A DNA stretch of 64,000 nucleotides from Macrostomum lignano (taxonomy: Eukaryota): positions 225,992-289,991 of the forward strand of contig NIVC01000105.1 of assembly GCA_002269645.1 (NCBI GenBank), written 5' to 3'. A program made the translations under genes and the position numbers. The notes under the pieces were generated by a model. That model searched no databases. It saw nothing but the letters and a program-made list of their open reading frames with translations, and was not told where the DNA came from. Positions 1 through 11,959 of the stretch are shown piece by piece. The stretch's first letter is position 1. Each line of letters starts with the position of its first letter.

Positions 1-1678
1 CCAGGAGGGGAATCAAGACACCAGGAGGGGAATCAAGACACCAGGAGGGGAATCAAGACACCAGGAGGGGAATCAAGACACCAGGAGGGGAATCAAGACA
101 CCAGGAGGGGAATCAAGACACCAGGAGGGGAATCAAGACACCAGGAGGGGAATCAAGACACCAGGAGGGGAATCAAGACACCAGGAGGGGAATCAAGACA
201 CCAGGAGGGGAATCAAGACCCAGGGAGGGGAATCAAGACACCAGGAGGGGAATCAAGACACCAGGAGGGGAATCAAGACACCAGGAGGGGAATCAAGACA
301 CAGGAGGGGAATCAAGACACCAGTAGGGGAATCAAGACACGAGGAGGGGAATCAAGACACCAGGAGGGGAATCAAGACACCAGGAGGGGAATCAAGACAT
401 CAGGAGGGGAATCAAGACACCAGGAGGGGAATCAAGACACCAGGAGGGGAATCAAGACACCAGGAGGGGAATCAAGACACCAGGAGGGGAATCAAGACAC
501 CAGGAGGGGAATCAAGACACCAGGAGGGGAATCAAGACACCAGGAGGGGAATCAAGACACCAGGAGGGGAATCAAGACACCAGGAGGGGAATCAAGACAC
601 CAGGAGGGGAATCAAGACCCAGGGAGGGGAATCAAGACACCAGGAGGGGAATCAAGACACCAGGAGGGGAATCAAGACACCAGGAGGGGAATCAAGACAC
701 AGGGAGGGGAATCAAGACACCAGTAGGGGAATCAAGACACGAGGAGGGGAATCAAGACACCAGGAGGGGAATCAAGACACCAGGAGGGGAATCAAGACAC
801 CAGGAGGGGAATCAAGACACCAGGAGGGGAATCAAGACACAGGGAGGGGAATCAAGACACCAGGAGGGGAATCAAGACACCAGGAGGGGAATCAAGACAC
901 CAGGAGGGGAATCAAGACACCAGGAGGGGAATCAAGACCCAGGAGGGGAATCAAGACACCAGGAGGGGAATCAAGACACCAGGAGGGGAATCAAGACACC
1001 AGGAGGGGAATCAAGACACAGGGAGGGGAATCAAGACACCAGTAGGGGAATCAAGACACGAGGAGGGGAATCAAGACACAGGGAGGGAATCAAGACACCA
1101 GGAGGGGAATCAAGACACAGAGAGGGGAATCAAGACACAGGGAGGGGAATCAAGACACCAGTAGGGGAATCAAGACACAGGGAGGGGAATCAAGACACCA
1201 GGAGGGGAATCAAGACACCAGGAGGGGAATCAAGACACCAGGAGGGGAATCAAGACACCAGGAGGGAATCAAGACACAGGGAGGGGAATCAAGACACCAG
1301 GAGGGGAATCAAGACACAGGGAGGGGAATCAAGACACAGGGAGGGGAATCAAGACACAGGGAGGGGAATCAAGATACCAGGAGGGGAATCAAGACACAGG
1401 GAGGGGAATCAAGGCACAGGGAGGGGAATCAAGACACAGGGAGGGGAATCAAGATACCAGTAGGGGAATCAAGACACCAGTAGGGGAATCAAGACACCAG
1501 TAGGGGAATCAAGACACCAGGAGGGGAATCAAGACACCAGGAGGGGAATCAAGACACCAGGAGGGGAATCAAGACACCAGGAGGGGAATCAAGACACCAG
1601 AAGGGGAATCAAGACACCAGTAAGGGAATCAAGACACAAGGAGGGGAATCAAGACACAAGTAGGGGAATCAAGACACC
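1..1678. repeat. 20-bp minisatellite (CCAGGAGGGGAATCAAGACA)n, ~84 copies, truncated by window start
   Basis: Directly visible near-perfect 20-nt period. It ends ~45 nt before a splice acceptor, so it is probably intronic in the zinc-finger gene. Confidence 0.98.
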
Positions 1679-1723
1679 ATTTATCTCCCATAAATCCCAT
1701 TTCGTAAAAAAAAACAATTTCAG

Positions 1724-2168
1724 CGACTCAGACTCATCAAGCCATCAGGAGCAGCCGTTTGGCTCCCGTCAGTCAGCCAGAAGAATTTCAGATCCGGTGC
1801 CTCTGTGGCAGCTTCAGCGACAACAACAACAACAGCAAGAACATCAGCAGCAGGCTCATTCCAGACCACCTCAGATGCCTTCAGACCAAGCCAAGCGCAG
1901 CGGCAGCGCCGGCCGCCCCAACTCTGCCGCCAGCGGCGCCGCCAAAGGCGCCAACAGCGGGAACTCCTCGACATCAGCTCTGCAAGCCTACAAGCGGGCT
2001 AAAGCAGCTACCGGTTCTGCTGCATCATCATCATCAGCATCCCCTGCTCTAGCTTGGTCGGCATCTCCTCGCAGAGAAATCGTTTACCCCTGCGCCAAGT
2101 GCAATAAATCGTTTAAGCTGAAAAGCGACTTGGCTGTGCATAAGAACTACTGCTCTGGAAAGACTTGA
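1724..2168 (+). CDS. Terminal coding exon of a zinc-finger protein gene (Q/S/A-rich region then one C-x2-C-x12-H-x3-C finger); upstream exons outside window
   Basis: Acceptor ...aatttcAG at 1722-1723. Frame is open from 1725 (DSDSSSHQEQ...) to YPCAKCNKSFKLKSDLAVHKNYCSGKT-stop at 2168. Confidence 0.75.
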
Positions 2169-2300
2169 ATTGAGTTATAAAGTAACTGTGCTTTGATGTG
2201 TTGTTTATGTAGGGTATGCGATACGGACATGTACAATGTACATACATCCTTAATCTTTGGCCAATACTTGTAGCTAAACCAATTAACCTTAAATAATGTC

Positions 2301-2820
2301 TTAAACCATCCCTAGCTTTTGGCGCCAATTTAAACCATCCTTGGCGCTAATTTAAACAATCCTTGGCGCCAATTTAAACCATCCTTGGCTTTGGCGCTAA
2401 TTTAAACCATCCTTGGCGCCAATTTAAACCATCCTTGGCGCTAATTTAAACCATCCTTGGCGCTAATTTAAATCATCCTTGGCGCTAATTTAAATCATCC
2501 TTGGCGCTAATTTAAACCATCCTTGGCTTTGGCGCCAATTCAAATCATCTATGGCGCTAATTTAAACCATCCTTGGCGCCGATTCAAACCATCCTTGGCG
2601 CTAATTTAAACCATCATTGGCTTTGGCGCTAATTTAAACCATCCTTGGCGCTAATTTAAACCATCCTTGGCGCCAATTTAAACCATCTTTGGCGCCAATT
2701 CAAATCATCCTTGGCGCCAATTTAAACCATCCTTGGCGCCAATTTAAACCATCCTTGGCGCTAATTTAAACCATCCTTGGCGCTTGTTTAAACCATCCTT
2801 GGCCTTGGCGCCAATTTAAA
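2301..2820. repeat. ~22-bp minisatellite (TTGGCGCC/TAATTTAAACCATCC)n
   Basis: Visible tandem period containing the palindrome TTGGCGCCAA. Confidence 0.95.
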
Positions 2821-3577
2821 CCCCCTTGACCTTCACGTATTACCCTACAAAGTCCAACACTTGGGTGCAAAAACTTTAGAATACCTTGGTTTATTATTTG
2901 TACTTTTACATTTTGCATTAGATCAATATACGTATAAGTTTTTAAAAAATCAAATGCTTGCGGTCTTGCTTAAAAAACTGTGAAATTCTTCTTTGTTAAT
3001 TGCAGTATCGAAATATATATATGTCAGTTCCCTCTAACTGGAGCAATGATCAACTGGAGCAATGTAAGTGGCATTGAGTCATTTTAATTAAAAAACTTTT
3101 TTATCTGCAAACTCGGTGCTACCTACCTAACTTTGATGATGGGAATTTCACCAGAGCATTAACGTCAAAAAGCTTGCTACTAATGCTGCAGTATTAGTAC
3201 TTTTCACTAGCTAGAGGCCCGAGAATTCATTTTTTCGACCCGAGCATTGATCGCTAGGACAAAGGCTCAGCTGCTACACCCCATGCAGTCAATGCATGCT
3301 TCCGTGGCTTAGATGCATCATCATCTGAGCATAATAGCAACTTAATCCCTCTGGAAATAATTGCCTTCCGGACAAGACTAAGCTGTGTTTGTTTTAGTAT
3401 TCAGAAGTTGTTTGAGTTCTCTTTGTGGGAATCTGTTTTTCTTTTTCTTCATTCAAATAATTTCTAGAATTCAGGAATGAATTTCAACATACATGTAATG
3501 TAATTGTCTTAGACAAACAAATTAAGGAACTAACTAATAATACAGTATTTGAAGTCAATCTTGATATGAATTTGGTC

Positions 3578-4665
3578 ACTCTGACTTTGGTTACTCTGAA
3601 TTTCTGTCACTCTGATTTTGGTCACTCTGATTTTGGTCACTCTGATTTTGTTCACTCTGATTTTGGTCACTCTGATTTAGGTCACTCTGAATTCGGTCAC
3701 TCTGAATTTCTGTCACTCTGATTTAGGTCACTCTGAATTCGGTCACTCTGAATTTCTGTCACTCTGATTTAGGTCGCTCTGAATTCGGTCACTCTGAATT
3801 TCTGTCACTCTGATTTAGGTCACTCTGAATTCGGTCACTCTGAATTTCTGTCACTCTGATTTAGGTCACTCAAAATTCGGTCACTCTGATATTCATCACT
3901 CTGAATTTGGTCAATCTGCGAATTTGGTCGCTATGAATCCGGTCAATCTGATTTTAGTCACTTTGATTTCCGTCACTCTGATTTGGTCACTCTGATTTCA
4001 GTCACTCTGATTTCAGTCACTCTGAATTTGGCCACTCTGAAGTTGTTCACTCTGATTTTGGTCACTCTGATTTTTGTCACTCTGATTTCGGTCACTCTGA
4101 ATTTGGTCACTCTGATTTGGTCACTCTGATTTTGGTCACTCTGATTTTGGTCACTCTGATTTTGGTCACTCTGATTTCGGTCACTCGGAATTTGGTCACT
4201 CTGATTTTGGTCACTCTGATTTTGATCACTCTGATTTGGTCACTCTGATTTCAGTCACTCTGAATTTGGCCACTCTGAAGTTGTTCACTCTGATTTTGGT
4301 CACTCTGATTTTTGTCACTCTGATTTCGGTCACTCTGAATTTGGTCACTCTGATTTGGTCACTCTGATTTTGGTCACTCTGATTTTGGTCACTCTGATTT
4401 TGGTCACTCTGATTTCGGTCACTCTGAATTTGGTCACTCTGATTTCGGTCACTCTGAAGTTGGTCACTCTGAATTTGGTCACTCTGATTTCGGTCACTCT
4501 GATTTTGGTCACTCTGATTTTGGTCACTCTGATTTTGGTCACTCTGAAGTTGGTCACTCGGAATTTGGTCACTCTGATTTTGGTCACTCTGATTTTGATC
4601 ACTCTGATTTGGTCAATCTGATTTCAGTCACTCTGAATTCGGTCACTCTGATTTCGGTCACTCTC
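3578..4665. repeat. 15-bp minisatellite (GGTCACTCTGATTTT)n
   Basis: Visible period; it explains the spurious (ILVTL)n and (KIRVT)n ORFs. Confidence 0.97.
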
Positions 4666-5034
4666 ATTGGTTTTCACTGCTCAAATCAGTTAAACTGACA
4701 CGAGAATGGAAGGATTTGTTTTAGCAAAAAAGATTCTTCCGGATTTTTTATCTCATCTCCGCGAATCGAAACATCTTCTATCCTAAGCCAGCTGCAACTA
4801 CACGAAATACATTGGATAAAATCCAGTTGTTCTGTTACTGTGCGCTCATCAATTGAAATGCAAGACCCGTTCTTTAGCAGGTTCTCGGGTATTAGTGGCT
4901 TGCAAGGGATCCCTGCTCAATTTGCGCGACAAAAAAGAAACACTGGATATCGTTCTGTGCTTGCTTTTAGAGGCTGCAGATTGCTTGAGACAGGCAAATC
5001 GATCAATCAAAGGCACTCGCTCTGATATTCACTG

Positions 5035-6800
5035 ACATAAAGTCACTCATGAACTCATACAGTCACTCACGAATTCATACAGTCACTCATAAACTCATAA
5101 TTTCACTCATGAACTCATTTAGTCACTCATGACCTCATACAGTCACTCATGACCTCATACAGTCACTCATGACCTCATACAGTCACCCATGAGCTCAAAC
5201 AGTCACCCATGATCTCATACAGTCATTCATGACCTCATACAGTCACTCATAACCTCATACAGTCACCCATCAACTCATACAGTCACCCATCAACTCATAC
5301 AGTCACCCATCAACTCATACAGTCACCCATCAACTCATACAGTCACCCATCAACTCATACAGTCACTCATGAACTCATTTAGTTACTCATGAACTCATAT
5401 AGTCACTCATGAACACATTTAGTCACTCATGAACTCATACAGTCACTCATGAACTCATAAAGTCACTCATGAACTCATAAAGTCACTCATGAACTCATTC
5501 AGTCACTCATGAACTCATACAGTCACCCATCAACTCATACAGTCACTCATGAACTCATTTAGTCACTCATGAACTCATACAGTCACTCATGAACACATTT
5601 AGTCACTCATAAACTCATACAGTCACTCATGAACACATTTAGTCACTTATGAACTCATACAGTCACTCATGAACACATTTAGTCACTCATAAACTCATAC
5701 AGTCACTCATGAACACATTTAGTCACTCATGAACTCATACAGTCACTCATGAACACATTTAGTCACTCATAAACTCATACAGTCACTCATGAACACATTT
5801 AGTCACTCATGAACTCATACAGTCACTCATGAACACTATGAGCTGCATAAAATGCAGTCATATTTGCGAAGGACGTCTGCACCAAAAACTTGCTGCGAAA
5901 TTTGCATTTTGTTCTGTGTAGCCTTTAAGAGTTTACGTTCCCACGCGCCTGTTCTGCAGTCTTTTAAATAAAAGGAGAGACAGTGGAGGCGCTCGCTTCA
6001 CTTTTCTCTCGCCCGCATCTGTGGGACTAAAGGCATGGCCATTGCCTCGGCTGGGCTGTAGGCCGCAGCAGCCTGGGCCCAGAAAAACCGTGCTTCGAGT
6101 TCAATTCTTTGTTATCCGACGTGAGCAGAAGGTGCAGGCAGGCAGGACACAAAATCCTACCTGTTACAAACACATTTAGTCACTCATAAACTCATACAGT
6201 CACTCATGAACACATTTAGTCACTCATGAACTCATACAGTCACTCATGAACACATTTAGTCACTCATAAACTCATATAGTCACTCATGACCTCATACAGT
6301 CACTCATGACCTCATACAGTCACCCATGACCTCATACAGTCACCCATGACCTCATACAGTCACCCATGACCTCATACAGTCACTCATGATCTCATACAGT
6401 CACCCATGACCTCATACAGTCACTCATGAACTCATATAGTCACTAATGAACTCATACAGTCACTCATCAACTCATATAGTCACTCATCAACTCATATAGT
6501 CACCCATCAACTCATACAGTCACTCATCAACTCATACAGTCACTCATCAACTCATACAGTCACTCATGAACTCATACAGTCACTCATGAACTCATACAGT
6601 CACTCATTAACTCATACAGTCACTCATGAACTCATTTAGTCACTCATGAACTCATTCAGTCACTCATGAACTCATTCAGTCACTCATGAACTCATACTGT
6701 CACTCATGAACTCATTTAGTTACTCATGAACTCATACAGTCACTCATTAAATCATACAGTCACTCATGAACTCATATAGTCACTCATGAACTCATACAGT
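5035..6800. repeat. 20-bp minisatellite (AGTCACTCATGAACTCATAC)n, interrupted at 5837-6168 by a unique insertion
   Basis: Visible period on both sides of a 332-bp non-repetitive insert. Confidence 0.96.
5837..6168. mobile_element. 332-bp insertion with 5-bp TSD, candidate solo LTR
   Basis: AACAC at 5832-5836 and 6169-6173 duplicates part of the array unit GAACACATTT. Ends are TATG...GTTACA (near TG...CA), with an internal AATAAA at ~5967. Confidence 0.5.
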
Positions 6801-7059
6801 CCCTCCCTCATCTCCCTGCCATATTATCACTCAACAGACAAGATTATCCTACTCATCTCATCCCCAGCCAACCAGCTTCTGTCCTGTAAGCCCTCATCCC
6901 CCATCCCTTCCCCCCTTCAATCAATAGAAAAGTCGTGCAACTCAGGTTTTTAAAACGCTGCATGCTGCCCCCCCCCGCAAAGCTTGTCTAGGGACAGATC
7001 AGAGTTTTAAAAAAGCTTTTTTTCTCTCTGCTAGCTCTGAAATTGAATCCTCTTATCAA

Positions 7060-10000
7060 ATGGATATCGCTGGATTGTCTGTCCCATATAATTATACCAT
7101 TGGCAGTCTGCTCCATGTTATTCCAGGTGAGCTTTGGCCTCTGGAGGTTTCAGATTTTTATCAAATGTGGCCTCAATCAGCGCTTAATCAGGATGTCTTC
7201 ATATCTCTCCCTCATCCCCATCTTCATATCTCCCTCTTTCCGATCCTCCCTCTCCCCCATCTCCCTCTCCCAGATCTATCTCTCCCCATCCTCATTATCC
7301 CCAATCTCCCTCTCCCCAATCTCCCTCTCCCCAGTCTCCCTCTTCCTATCTCACTCCCCATTTCTCTCTCTCCAGATCTCCCTCTTCACCATCCCTCACC
7401 CCATCTCCCTCTCCTTTATATTCCTCTTCTCATTTCACTCCCAATCTCTCCCTTACATCCCTCTCCTCCATTTCCCTCTCCCCATCTCCCTCTCCTCCAT
7501 CCTCTCTTCCCATCTCCCTTTCCCCCATCTCACTCTTCATCCCTCTCTTCCCTACTATCTACCTCTCACCATCTCCCTCTCCCTTTTTCCGTCTCCGCCA
7601 TTTCCCTCCCACCCAATCTCTCATACTATATGGTGTACTAAACCCAGCTGTAAATCGCAAAGCGTCAATCTAATCTCGCAGAGGTGACTTATCCCGGCTT
7701 AGTGCTGCTCATCTTGGGCACTGTGGTTGGCAGTTTTGGAAACGTTTTAATAATTCTAACCATTCTGCTAAAGAAGGTGAGCATGTATATGCATTACTCG
7801 TAGATGTAATTTATCGGGCGTTACAATGTTCAAAAATCGCTTTAATTACTTCATACCTTTTATAAATTTTCAGTCTCTAAGACAGATTGGCAACTATTTT
7901 ATAGTTAATTTGGCCATTGCTGACCTGTGCATCACGTTGCTGGTTGATCCTATGGGCATTGTCAGTGAGTAATTTGTCTGCCGATGTGCCTACTTTACCT
8001 GATTAGAAGTATATAACAACCTTAAACAACCTATATCAACCTACCTACATACCTACTTCATGTACAGATTTTACGAATAACAATACGAGAGAGCCATGAG
8101 CTAAAAAAACTGAATAGATTTATCCAGAAGCCTGTTCCCTAGCTACTATATTTGCTTTCTTTCTCACTTATGTTAATTATCAGCATGGAGTAGGGTATTC
8201 TTTGAACGATTTTTTTTCACCAAAAATCAATACAAAACCACTTAAAACGAGACTGTACGAAGGTTCGATCGTTACGGTGAAAGAAAAGTTTAAAATTTCT
8301 TATAAAATAGAATGTTCAAAAAAATTAAAGTGTCTGAAAAGTACGTTAATTATTTAAAATGGTACAATGAGAAATAGTCAAACATTAAAACACTCTAAGT
8401 TAGTATTTTAACAATATAATTAAACGTTACCCGTATTTCAATACTTAAGCGGTTTTTTACAACAAATTAACAAATTATTTAGCTAATCATTTCCAAATAC
8501 ATTTAATACGTAATTTAACATTTTGATCAAACAAACTATTTGAATTTTAGTATGATAATTTTCTCATATTTGATTGTTTATTCTTGGAAAGAATTGCGGA
8601 GTTAAATACTACCGCCACCTCCGAGAAATTTATAATTAGTAAATGTATAAACTATAATAAGACTTGATTGAAAATTATGGTTACCTATATACTCTTCGCC
8701 AACACTGCCCTGTTAGAGTTATCAAATTTCACGGTTAATCTAAATTGACTTTAGTTTAAATCAGCTGCTGGCTCGAAAAAACAGGATGTTAAACTTGTTT
8801 GAGCGTAAAATCACAAGATACGAGATACGTAGATATATGCATGAGAGATACGCGAGTACATACAAAGGTTTTCTCTAGAGTTGATCAAGCATTGGGGCGG
8901 GGGGCTTATTTTGTAAATATAACTAGCTACCAGTGTACTTTTGCTAGTTTTCTATTTCACGTAGGCTGAAAAATTTTAAAATAAAAAGTGAATATTATAG
9001 ATTGTGAATATCGCCAACTGCATAAGAGAGATCTAAGAATCGAAAATATTAACAAAAAGAACTATTAGTGAAAATTTATAACAGAACGCATAATTATAGT
9101 TCTAGAAACATCCTGCGGTAAGTAACATAAATAAACACATATTCAGAATTTATTAGCAAGTAAAAATCGTGCGCGAACTCTTTCAAGAATGTTTTGGCTT
9201 CCGGAATGAATTTCTCGACAATAACAACTATAAATATGAAGCGCCTTAATCAAAGGATTGTAGACCTTAATTGAAATTTATTTTATTAATCTTTACCTAA
9301 GAACCATGCCCACCTTTACGACTCGTTATATTTAACACCTTTACAAGCAAAAAAACTCTGTGAGATTTTGATATGAGATTGGAGAGCGAGATCAGTGAGG
9401 CTGGGGAAGAGAATATACGGTAAGAATGCAGGGTGAGATTAGGAATGAGGTTAGGGTGATGGAGTTTAGGGTGAGATTAGGGTGAGATTAGGGTGCAGAG
9501 ATTCGGATGGAGATCTCATCTCAATTTTATCTATTTAAATCATATTTCAGTCTCATCCCAATATAATCTAAATCTCATCAAAATCTTATCTCAATCTAAC
9601 GTATCAAGGTTAATTAAAAAGTAGCAAACCTGGAAAATGAGTCGGTTACTTACGCTGAAAAACCTGCAGTTTCGCTAATTTACTCCGAATATAACGAGCA
9701 GCTCGTGTTCGCAGGTTATTTCTCGGCATTTTTCTCTATTGAGTACAGTCGCTGAAACAGAATTTACGATCCAGAGAGCAGGAAGCGTATATAGCGTAAA
9801 AAGCTGTGCATTAGCTCCGCTGCTAAACAACTAGAATTTCGTTAATGACGCTCTTATTCATTTTCTTTTAGTAAATTCCCGTCCCGTAACGTAGTACGCT
9901 CGTATCGCGTCGCGAGAGAAAAAGTAGCTGTTGCACTTTTTAAACGAAATGGCCTGATGATTCAGGTTCTTATAGCTGCTGCTGGGTGTAAATTACTATT

Positions 10001-11844
10001 TGGACTCGTAAAGTGGATGCTATAATAAAGGAGGAATATGGACAGGAAACTGACAAGATGAACACTGTGATAGAGGGTCATAAAGAGAGATTGGGTGAGT
10101 CAGGGTGACACTGAGAGAGCCAGGAAGAGTCAAATAGAGTCAGAAGTCAGGGAGAGTCAGTGAGAGTCAGGGAGAGTCAAGGAGAGTCAGGAGAGTCAGA
10201 GAGAGTCAGGGAGAGTCAGGAAGAGTCAATGAGAGGCAGGGAGAGTCAATGAGAGTCAGGGAGAGTCAATGAGAGTCAGGGAGAGTCAATGAGAGTCCGG
10301 GAGAGTCAGAGAGAGTCAGGGAGAGTTAGAGAGAGTCAGGGAGAGTCAGAGAGAGTCAGGAAGAGTTAGGGAGAGTCAGGGAGAGTCAGGGAGAGTCAAT
10401 GAGAGTCATATAGAGTCAGGGAGAGTCGGAGAGAGTCAGGGAGAGTCAAGGATGAGTCAAGGAGAGTCAATGAGAGTCAATGAGAGTCATATAGAGTCAG
10501 GGAGAGTCGGAGAGAGTCAGGGAGAGTCAGGATGGGTCAGGGAGAGTCAGGGAGAGTTAGAGAGAGTCAGGAAGAGTTAGGGAGAGTCAGGGAGAGTCAG
10601 GGAGAGTCAATGAGAGGCAGGGAGAATCAGGATAAGTCAGGGAGAGTCAGGGAGAGTCAGGATGAGTCAGGGAGAGTCAGGGAGAGTCAGGATGAGTCAG
10701 GGAGAGTCAGGATGAGTCAAGGAGAGTCAAGGAGAGTCAAGGAGAGTCAATGAGAGTCATATGGAGTCAGGGAGAGTCAGGATGAGTCAGGGAGAGTCAG
10801 GATGAGTTAGGGAGAGTCAGGATGAGTCAAGGAGAGTCAAGGAGAGTCAATGAGATTCATGTAGAGTCAGGGAGAGTCAGGGAGAGCCACAGAAAGCAAA
10901 CCAGAGAGTCACCCTGCCCCGCAGGCATACTCAAAGGTGAGATCTACTTCATGGAGCGCCGCGGTCTGTGCCTATTTGTGGCGTCCATCTGCCTGGTTTC
11001 GTGCTACTGCTCACTGTTGAGCATTGCAGCCATTGCAATCAACAGGTACATTCACATCTGCCGCAGCTCAGCTTATCCATCAATATTTACTCGCAGATGG
11101 ACATTAATCATGTGCTGCTCGCTATGGATTGTCAGCTTCCTGATGGAGATGCCGAACTTCCTAGGCTGGGGAGATCACGGATACGCCCTAAAGAATTTGG
11201 CCTGTCTATGGGACCGCCTAGCCTCGAGATCCTACTCTGCTTTCTTTGCCTTAGTCGGAGTGGTTCTGCCCAGCCTAGTGATCGCTGTCTGCTATCTGAA
11301 GATCTACCTTCATTTTCGAGATTCTAGGAGACGCGTGGAGAAGTTTGTTAAACCTAGCAGTGCGCTGAAGCATCAACAAACTGTGACGGCGTTCCGTCTG
11401 GCCAAGACCCTCTTCCTGGTGTTCGCTGTGCTCATTATACTCTGGGCTCCGTTCACCATAGCAGTGGTGGCCGATCACGAGGACAAATGGCCTATTCACA
11501 TTCACGCTTACTCGATGCTGCTGGCTCATTCGAATTCTACAGTGAATTTCATAGTCTATGGCCTGTCCAACAGAGAGTTTAGCAGCGGTTATGCGTCTGT
11601 GCTGAAGCGGATATGGAACCGGATATGCAGGCCTTGGTGGTGCTGCTGTTTGGCTGATGAAAAAGCTTGGAAGTTTACTAGCAATTGGCACACTGATGGA
11701 GCTGCTGCTGCTGCTGCTGCGGAGGCTGCGGAGGCTGCAGAGGCTGACAATGATCTTGAGCATGAGGACGACATACAGCCTGCACCCCTGCGGAAGATGC
11801 TGCATTCTAATGAACCTTTTAATTATGAAGAAGAGTACTTATAG
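7060..11844 (+). CDS. Class A (rhodopsin-like) GPCR, melatonin-receptor-like, ~390 aa, 4 exons
   Basis: Exons 7060-7126, 7682-7776, 7874-7964 and 10925-11844 have GT-AG junctions in compatible phases (1,0,1). Motifs: TM1 GSFGNVLII, TM2 NLAIADL, TM3 AINRY, TM4/ECL2 MPNFLGWG..C, TM5 CYLKIY, TM6 LWAPF, TM7 NSTVNFIVY. Confidence 0.9.
7190..7620. repeat. CT-rich low-complexity tract in GPCR intron 1
   Basis: Degenerate (ATCTCCCTCTCCCC)-like repeats; source of the L/P/S-rich ORFs at 7043-7687. Confidence 0.9.
10110..10890. repeat. 10-bp minisatellite (GAGAGTCAGG)n in GPCR intron 3
   Basis: Visible period running to ~30 nt before the exon-4 acceptor. Confidence 0.95.
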
Positions 11845-11959
11845 AAAAATATGGACTGATTTTTATATGTAACCTGTGACCCATCTCAATAAAGATATTC
11901 TGGCAGTTTTGGCTTATTATCTTAGCAGAAACTTAAAGTACCTCCGATTAATGTCAATA

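Noticed and set aside
9440-9500. TTAGGG-containing repeats as interstitial telomere
   Set aside because: The period is 11 bp (GGGTGAGATTA), not 6-bp TTAGGG.
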